Origin: Ignavibacteriota bacterium | Lineage (GTDB): Bacteria; Bacteroidota; Ignavibacteria; SZUA-365 | Length of the DNA stretch: 64,000 bases | Reading direction: 5' to 3' | Assembly (NCBI GenBank): GCA_016218045.1 | Contig: JACRFB010000052.1 | Location: 80,481-144,480 of the forward strand | In this document: positions 58,110 to 64,000 of the stretch, in pieces | Layout of the letters: the number at the start of each line of letters is the position of its first letter | Numbering within the stretch: position 1 is the stretch's first letter | Position numbers and translations under genes: made by a program | Notes under the pieces: generated by a model | What the model was told of the DNA's origin: nothing | Seen by the model: only the letters and a program-made list of their open reading frames with translations | Databases searched by the model: none

Positions 58110-59576
58110 TCAGTTCGAGAACAGACGCACGACGGCATCGAAGGTGCCGGGTGTGGCGCGCAGGCCCGACTTGAGAATGCCTGCCTTGCCCATCGGTACC
58201 TGAATACCGGGGATACGCGACATGTCGACGTACGCGATGTTTGCGCCGTACGTCGCGTTGATCACACGAAGGAATTCGTTGGTGATCACGGCATTGCCCT
58301 TGGAGGACGGGTGTACCCCATCGAAGCTGAAGGCACCACCGGAGATGAATCCCGCCGTCAGTTTTTCACCTGCGACCGAAATGCCGCCAGACGCGATCTT
58401 CACGAGCAGCGCATTTACATCAACGAGAGCTATCGGCATGGGTGGCTTCGGCGTCGAGCTGTTCAGACGGTCGACCGCGGAACGGATCGAGGCGTTAAAG
58501 GCCGCGACAGCATTGGCGGCAGTGGTCTGCTCGCTGATGTCGAGCACGAGCGCGTCGGGCCAGGGATTCAGCGGATGCAAGCCGAAGGGTTTTGTCGCGT
58601 CGATGTTGAGCGCCGCGAGCTGCTGCGGTGTGATACCCTGCGCTGTCCAGAACGCGCCCGTGACGTCGCCGATGTAGGCGGTGGCGGCCATGCCGGAGAG
58701 CGGGATGAGCACGTTGTTTTCACGCATGAGATCGGTGGAATCGCTCGGCAAGCCCGGACCGGTGCGGCCGTGCGCCTGGAAATACAGCTTCAGTGCCATA
58801 CCAAGCTGCTGCGACTTGCCCTTGAGCGTTTCAGACATCACCGGACCAACCGTGGTGAAGAACGGGATGGAACGGACATCCGGGATATTCGCCACAACGA
58901 TAGCCGCATTCGGGGCGCCCTGGCGCAGTGCGCTGAGCGCATTGCCATACAGCATGTCGAACGCGGTGGCATTCGTGGGTGCTGCGGGCGAGGTGCCGCC
59001 GCTGGTCGCAAAACCGAGCACATCGTTGTTGCCGAGCCAGAAAGTGATCAGCGTCGGATTCAGCTTTAACGCCTGCGCGACGATGGAACTCCCGAACGCA
59101 ACCTGATCGCGCATGACGATCTGGAAGTACGGATTCTTGCGCGTCACGTACTTGCGGGCGAGGTCCTCAGTGTCGAGCGCGTCGAAAAGTACCGCACCCG
59201 GCACACCGAGATTGTTGTACGGTTTCGGATACGTGGAATTGGTCGGCAGCGACGCCGACGGGGTGGAGGTCAGCGCCAGCGGTGTGAACGAGGCGAGACG
59301 GATGCGGTTGCCGACACCGTCGCCGGGGCAGAGCGGCTGCTCCATCGTCGTGCCGAGCTGGCTCGCAAGAAGCGCGGGCATGCTGTAACGCTGCGCCGCT
59401 TCATACAGGGCGCCGTCCTGATAGCCCGCCGTGATACTATTGCCGATGGCGACAAAGGACGAGGGATTGACGCTGCCGAGCGTGTTCACGCCCGCGGGTG
59501 TGATCGAGTCGTCGGAACACCCGGCGCAGAGCACCACGAAGGCGGCAAGTGCAAAAAGAGTCTGTGTGCGTTTCAT
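58110..59576 (-). CDS. SGNH/GDSL-like lipoprotein
   Basis: Lipobox [38 protein letters not shown]. Confidence 0.7.
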   Translation of the reverse strand: MKRTQTLFALAAFVVLCAGCSDDSITPAGVNTLGSVNPSSFVAIGNSITAGYQDGALYEAAQRYSMPALLASQLGTTMEQPLCPGDGVGNRIRLASFTPLALTSTPSASLPTNSTYPKPYNNLGVPGAVLFDALDTEDLARKYVTRKNPYFQIVMRDQVAFGSSIVAQALKLNPTLITFWLGNNDVLGFATSGGTSPAAPTNATAFDMLYGNALSALRQGAPNAAIVVANIPDVRSIPFFTTVGPVMSETLKGKSQQLGMALKLYFQAHGRTGPGLPSDSTDLMRENNVLIPLSGMAATAYIGDVTGAFWTAQGITPQQLAALNIDATKPFGLHPLNPWPDALVLDISEQTTAANAVAAFNASIRSAVDRLNSSTPKPPMPIALVDVNALLVKIASGGISVAGEKLTAGFISGGAFSFDGVHPSSKGNAVITNEFLRVINATYGANIAYVDMSRIPGIQVPMGKAGILKSGLRATPGTFDAVVRLFSN

Positions 59577-59592
59577 AATATGCGCCTCCTGA

Positions 59593-60873
59593 TCAGAACC
59601 TGTATGTGATATCGAGACCGAAGAGCTGCGCGTTGCCCGTGTATGTTCCATCGAGATACACGCCGTCGGGCGCGCTCGTCGCCGTGGTGGTACGGTTGAG
59701 GAACATCAGATTGAGGTACGCGACATCGACAGTGAGGTTCGACCCGAGATTGAATCCCGCGCCGATGTTGAGACCATGACGGTCGGCATCGGGCAGCAGC
59801 GGTTCGAGATGCGCGTCGGGCACGGGATTGCTGTCGTAGAAATATCCCGCGCGCAGCTTGAGCCCGAGCAGCGGAAGCGTGTACTCACCGCCGAAACGAA
59901 TGATGAACGCGTCCTCATAGTTTTTCGGCGAGGTCACGTCGGCCTGCTTGATGACCGGATCGGTGGTGGCGTCGTTCACAAAATCGATCGTGAGTTTGTC
60001 GTACGACGACCAGCCGATGCCCTGATAATCGAATTCCAATTCCAGATTCTCCATCGGCATCCACGCGACACCCGCGTACCAGGTGGCGGGAAGATCGATG
60101 CCTGTCAACACGTCGCCGCCGGGGAACAGCGCGGCCACGCTGTTCGGGCGGCCGATGAAGGACGCGGTACCCTCGAAGTCGATCGGCGTGTTGGAGCGGT
60201 AGGTCAGACCGATGGACACATCGTCCATCGGACGGAACATGAGACCAGCGTTCCAGCTCACGGCTGTCTTGCCGGTGCCTTCGAGTTCCAGTCCCATCTC
60301 CGGCGAGAAGTTCGGCACGGCGCGGCGCAGATTCACGTTCGACAGCACGATGTTCGCACCCGCGCCCACGGCGATCATGTCGTTGATGGCGTACGATACG
60401 GTCGGTGTGATGTAGAAGGTCTGCAGTTCTATTTCACGGGTGACCGCCTTGCCGATCCAGTCGTCGGCCCAGCGGGTTCCAAGTCCGAACGGAACATTGA
60501 GTCCCACTCCCGCGGCGAAGCCCGAGAGCAGTCCGTCGTTCCACGTGTTGGTGATGTAGAGGTTGGGCGGATAGAAGAGTTGCGACTCCATTTCCCACTT
60601 GTCATTGCGCTGCAGGTTGCTCGGGCCGTAGAATGTATAGCTCGGCATGATGAGGGTTGCGCCGCCCATCACCTGGAAACCGCGCTGGAACGAAAGACCA
60701 GCGGGATTGAAGTAGAGAGCCGAGGCGTCGCTCGCGCGCGCACAGAACGCGCCGCCCTGCGCCATCGCGCGCGCGCCGTGTTCGTTCAGTTGGAAGCCGC
60801 CGGCCGATACGGGCAGGCGCGCAATCACCACGCAGGCCGCCACGACGGCGAGTGTCAGAATCGATCGTTTCAA
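59593..60873 (-). CDS. FadL/OmpP1/TodX-family outer membrane transporter
   Basis: FQLNEHGARAMAQGGAF..ASALYFNPAGL, beta-barrel pattern, C-terminal Phe. No in-frame ATG before the signal peptide, so TTG 60873 (5 nt after GGAGG) is proposed as the start. Confidence 0.8.
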   Translation of the reverse strand: MKRSILTLAVVAACVVIARLPVSAGGFQLNEHGARAMAQGGAFCARASDASALYFNPAGLSFQRGFQVMGGATLIMPSYTFYGPSNLQRNDKWEMESQLFYPPNLYITNTWNDGLLSGFAAGVGLNVPFGLGTRWADDWIGKAVTREIELQTFYITPTVSYAINDMIAVGAGANIVLSNVNLRRAVPNFSPEMGLELEGTGKTAVSWNAGLMFRPMDDVSIGLTYRSNTPIDFEGTASFIGRPNSVAALFPGGDVLTGIDLPATWYAGVAWMPMENLELEFDYQGIGWSSYDKLTIDFVNDATTDPVIKQADVTSPKNYEDAFIIRFGGEYTLPLLGLKLRAGYFYDSNPVPDAHLEPLLPDADRHGLNIGAGFNLGSNLTVDVAYLNLMFLNRTTTATSAPDGVYLDGTYTGNAQLFGLDITYRF

Positions 60874-60943
60874 AGCATCCTCCGCTGAGTGAGTGGAATT
60901 CGTGCAGTGTATGGGTACGACGTGATGCGCGGACTGACGGATG

Positions 60944-61447
60944 TCAGGCGATCTCGAGCAGCAGCGCGTTCTTTTCGACGGCGTCACCCGCCTCGACACG
61001 CACCGACTTGACAATGCCCGCAGCGGGCGAACGCAGTTCATTCTCCATTTTCATCGCCTCGAGAATAACCATGCCCTGCCCTGCCTCGACGAGCTCGCCC
61101 ACGCTCACAAGCACACGTGTGATCTTGCCCGGCATCGGAGAACGGAGTGTGGCGGCATGGACTTTTGTGGGTTGTTCTGTTTCGAACTTCTTGAGCAGCA
61201 ACCGCGCCTCGTCGTCGATCTCGACACGAAACGCGCGGCCGTCGATGAGCACGTTCACAATGCCGTCCTCGCCGTCGGACGGAAGGAGTACGGCCTCGTA
61301 TGTCGCTGCTCCAACGCGCAGGTTCCACTGCTGCCGGCCCTTTGCCGTCCATTCGACCGGCAGGACATGCCCGTTCACGTGCACACCGTCGTGTTTCTGT
61401 TCCACTAAAAACTCGTGTCCACCGGTGCGCGCGCGGGCCTTTTTCAT
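60944..61447 (-). CDS. Biotin carboxyl carrier-like protein (biotinyl domain)
   Basis: C-terminal GQGMVILEAMKMENELRSPAAG biotinylation motif. ATGA overlap with accC. Confidence 0.8.
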   Translation of the reverse strand: MKKARARTGGHEFLVEQKHDGVHVNGHVLPVEWTAKGRQQWNLRVGAATYEAVLLPSDGEDGIVNVLIDGRAFRVEIDDEARLLLKKFETEQPTKVHAATLRSPMPGKITRVLVSVGELVEAGQGMVILEAMKMENELRSPAAGIVKSVRVEAGDAVEKNALLLEIA

Positions 61448-62943
61448 GCGCAATTCCCCCGGGCGCGTGTTTTCCAACGCGATGTGGCCTGTGCAGCCGA
61501 TGCGGCGGGCACTGACGCAGTCGTGTGCCGCCCCCCGAGCAACGCCGCAGCCAGTGCGGCCGCGCGGCATTCGTCGAGCGTGGGTTCGGCGAGATATTCG
61601 GCCCGGTAGGACGTCGCAACAAAGTCGATCTGAAAATCGCCCTTGACGAAGTGCGGATGGTCCATCACAAATCGGCAGAACGGAATCGTGGTCTCGACAC
61701 CCGCGATGCGGAAATCGTCGAGGGCGCGCTTCATCTTGGCGATGGCGTCGTGCCGGTCCATGCCCCATGCGATGAGTTTGGCGAACATGGGATCGTAGTG
61801 AATCGTGATCTCGCTTCCCTCTTCAACACCCGAATCCTCACGAATGCCGAAGCCCTGGCTGGGCCGGTAATTCCGTATCGTTCCCGTCGAGGGGAAGAAG
61901 TTGTTTCGCACATCCTCGGCGCAGAGCCGCGCCTCGATGGCGTGGCCGCGGAAACGGATCTGTTCCTGCATCCACGGCAGTCGTTCGCCCTGCGCGACGC
62001 GCACCTGCAGGTGCACGAGATCGATTCCCGTCACCATTTCCGTCACAGGGTGCTCGACCTGCAGGCGCGTGTTCATTTCGAGGAAATAGAAATCGCGGTT
62101 GGCGTCGACGAGAAATTCGATGGTGCCCGCATTGACGTAGCCACAGGCGGTGCCTGCCATCACCGCGGCTTCACCCATGCGCGCGCGCAGTTCCGGTGTC
62201 ACAAACGACGAGGGCGATTCTTCGATCACCTTCTGATGACGCCGCTGTATGCTGCACTCACGTTCGCCGAGATGGACGATGTTCCCGTGCGCGTCCGCAA
62301 GAATCTGGAATTCGATATGGCGGGGTTTCAGGATGTACTTCTCGAGAAACACGCGGTCGTCGCCGAAGGCCTGCCGCGCCTCGTTTGCTGCCGATTCGAG
62401 AGCACGGAGCAGATCGGCGGGCTTCTCGACCACGCGCATCCCCTTGCCCCCGCCTCCCGCGGCGGCCTTGATCAGCACGGGATATCCAATCTGGTCCGCG
62501 ACCGCGGCTGCTTCGGCAGGATCGCTGATGGCATCCTCCGTACCCGGAACGACGGGCACACCGCGTGCCTTCATGAGCGTGCGGGCCGCCGTCTTGTCGC
62601 CCATTGCGCGGATGGCGGACGCTGGCGGACCAATAAAGACAAGCCCTGCGTCCGCTACGGCCTGCGCGAAGTCCGCGTTCTCCGAGAGGAAACCATACCC
62701 CGGATGAACTGCGTCGCAGCGCGCCACTCGCGCCACCTCGAGCAGTTTCGCGACGTCGAGATACGACGATCGCGATTCGGCCGGCCCTATATAATACGAC
62801 TCATCGGCCAGACGCGTGTGCACCGAGGCACGGTCCGCTTCCGAATACACCGCCACACTGCGTATTCCCATTTCGCGGCAGGCGCGAATGATTCGGACGG
62901 CGATTTCGCCGCGATTGGCAATAAGAATGGAGCGTATCTTCAC
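61444..62943 (-). CDS. accC: Biotin carboxylase
   Basis: KIRSILIANRGEIAVRIIRAC, ATP-grasp GGGGKGMRVV, EMNTRLQVEHPVTE. A GTG start at 62943 gives the canonical N-terminus. Confidence 0.9.
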   Translation of the reverse strand: MKIRSILIANRGEIAVRIIRACREMGIRSVAVYSEADRASVHTRLADESYYIGPAESRSSYLDVAKLLEVARVARCDAVHPGYGFLSENADFAQAVADAGLVFIGPPASAIRAMGDKTAARTLMKARGVPVVPGTEDAISDPAEAAAVADQIGYPVLIKAAAGGGGKGMRVVEKPADLLRALESAANEARQAFGDDRVFLEKYILKPRHIEFQILADAHGNIVHLGERECSIQRRHQKVIEESPSSFVTPELRARMGEAAVMAGTACGYVNAGTIEFLVDANRDFYFLEMNTRLQVEHPVTEMVTGIDLVHLQVRVAQGERLPWMQEQIRFRGHAIEARLCAEDVRNNFFPSTGTIRNYRPSQGFGIREDSGVEEGSEITIHYDPMFAKLIAWGMDRHDAIAKMKRALDDFRIAGVETTIPFCRFVMDHPHFVKGDFQIDFVATSYRAEYLAEPTLDECRAAALAAALLGGRHTTASVPAASAAQATSRWKTRARGNCA

Positions 62944-63021
62944 AAGAAAGGTACAGTGAGGGGACGGATTTGCAGTTGGATCGACCGAACAACGGGAAAA
63001 CATAGACAAAGCGGCGTGGAA

Positions 63022-63034
63022 ATGCAATTATTGC
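63022..63034. promoter_or_regulatory. Second copy of the ATGCAATTATTGC palindromic box in the accC / M64 divergent intergenic region
   Basis: Identical 13-mer to 36..48, located 79-91 nt upstream of the accC GTG. Confidence 0.3.
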
Positions 63035-63159
63035 GAGCGGAAAGGTCTGATTTTCTCCGGACGCGTTTTGAACACCGTATTTCACGGCGTCTCCGAAAAT
63101 TCGCATCTTGTGTTTCTGCCGCCTGCCGGCTTCCCCGCATACATCACTCCGAGGTGTGA

Positions 63160-64000
63160 ATGAAATCCGTAGTCACCGCCCTGCTGTTTGTAGCCGCCCT
63201 CGCCGCGTCGCACGCGCAGCCGGACTTCCACCGCTACTTCGTCGACCGCACGATGCGCGTCGACTACTTCCATTCCGGCACAAAGGACACCGACCAGTAC
63301 GCGCTCGACCGCGTGTACGGCGAGGGCACGTGGCCGGGCAGTCTCGTGAACCTCATCGACACACTCAACCGCGGCGAGAGTCTCGCGCGCGTGTACGATC
63401 TGCGCACCGGCGTGCTGCTGTACTCGCGTGGCTTCTCGACAGTGTTCGGCGAGTGGCAGACGACGGACGAGGCGGTCAGGGGTTTAAGAAAAACCATTTC
63501 CGAAACCGTGCGCTTCCCCTTCCCGAAACAGCCGGTACAGCTCACGCTCTCGAAACGCGACAAATATTCGGTGTTCCATGAACTGTTCTCGATTGTGATC
63601 GATCCGAACGATCCCACGCAGGTCGTCACGGAAAATCGCTCGGCCAACGCCGAAGTGCTCCCGCTCATGGACAATGGCGATCCCCACAAAAAGGTCGACA
63701 TCGTGATCGTGGGTGATGGCTACGCGGCCGACGATATTGCAAAGTTCAAGGCCGACGCAAAACATTTCAACGACGTGATGTTCGGCACCTCGCCGTTCAA
63801 GGAGCGCAAGGCCGACTTCAACGTGCGCGCCGTATGCCTTCCATCCGCCGAATCGGGCATCGATATTCCGGACAAGAATGTCTGGAAAAACACGCCGCTT
63901 GGAACGATGTACAACACCTTCGGATCCGCCCGCTACGTGCTGACCGAAGCGAATCGGGAGATGCGCGACGCCCTGTCGCAGGTGCCCTACGACTTCGTCT
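63160..64000 (+). CDS. Peptidase M64 (IgA-peptidase-like) family protein, 3' end outside the window
   Basis: Hand translation gives MKSVVTALLFVAALAASHAQ signal peptide, RVDYFHSG, VDIVIVGDGY, and NTFGSARYVLTE. The frame is open to the window end and so is absent from the ORF track. Confidence 0.75.
   Translation, partial: MKSVVTALLFVAALAASHAQPDFHRYFVDRTMRVDYFHSGTKDTDQYALDRVYGEGTWPGSLVNLIDTLNRGESLARVYDLRTGVLLYSRGFSTVFGEWQTTDEAVRGLRKTISETVRFPFPKQPVQLTLSKRDKYSVFHELFSIVIDPNDPTQVVTENRSANAEVLPLMDNGDPHKKVDIVIVGDGYAADDIAKFKADAKHFNDVMFGTSPFKERKADFNVRAVCLPSAESGIDIPDKNVWKNTPLGTMYNTFGSARYVLTEANREMRDALSQVPYDFV

Noticed and set aside
58040-58174. 44-aa plus-strand ORF starting right after the SD-like octamer repeats (GGTGAGGAAATG)
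   Set aside because: The SD-to-ATG spacing is too short. The ORF runs through the terminator hairpin and antisense into the SGNH lipoprotein gene. The peptide is Arg/Gly-rich.
61525-63159. 544-aa plus-strand ORF
   Set aside because: It is antisense to accC, which has textbook biotin-carboxylase motifs. The product is Arg/Gly/His-rich and low in complexity, the typical shadow ORF of a high-GC gene.
63108-63581. 157-aa plus-strand ORF at the start of the last gene region
   Set aside because: It is out of frame with the M64-peptidase reading frame beginning at 63160, which has a clean signal peptide and family motifs. The product is Arg-rich.

Overview
High-GC bacterial chromosome segment with no rRNA, CRISPR array, transposase or integrase visible. 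The phylum is most likely in the FCB group (Bacteroidota, Ignavibacteriota or Rhodothermota-like). Support: a PorV/PorQ-type T9SS outer-membrane protein, two proteins ending in T9SS C-terminal sorting domains, a TonB-dependent receptor with a CarboxypepD_reg N-domain, and one Bacteroidetes-style TAnnTTTG promoter in front of a tRNA. Positions 1 to 32.9 kb are plus-strand housekeeping genes: rpoN, hslVU, acpS, pdxJ, tRNA-Val, thrS-infC-rpmI-rplT-pheST, zapA, rny, coaE, nadB, dxs, ribD, ribE. Positions 32.9 to 51.1 kb form an unbroken minus-strand array of 17 genes, many joined by 4-nt ATGA overlaps. The array begins with an orphan ATP-dependent electron-activase (BcrAD/BadFG double ATPase plus DUF2229) module. 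It continues into a glycan synthesis and modification locus with three GT4 glycosyltransferases, a Wzx-like flippase, two PIG-L deacetylases, GNAT, CelD-like and hexapeptide acyltransferases, a T9SS-tagged SGNH esterase, two tandem unknown secreted paralogs and a methyltransferase. This array is the best candidate for an undescribed system. Downstream lie a 979-aa T9SS cargo protein, a YihY-family protein, purL, an accC-BCCP-FadL-SGNH lipoprotein operon and a partial M64 peptidase. Non-coding items worth a look: a roughly 230-nt rod-shaped RNA candidate between zapA and rny, eight tandem degenerate octamers upstream of purL, and a 13-nt palindromic box shared by two promoter regions. All start codons, domain calls and structures were assigned by eye from the sequence and ORF track. 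No searches were run.
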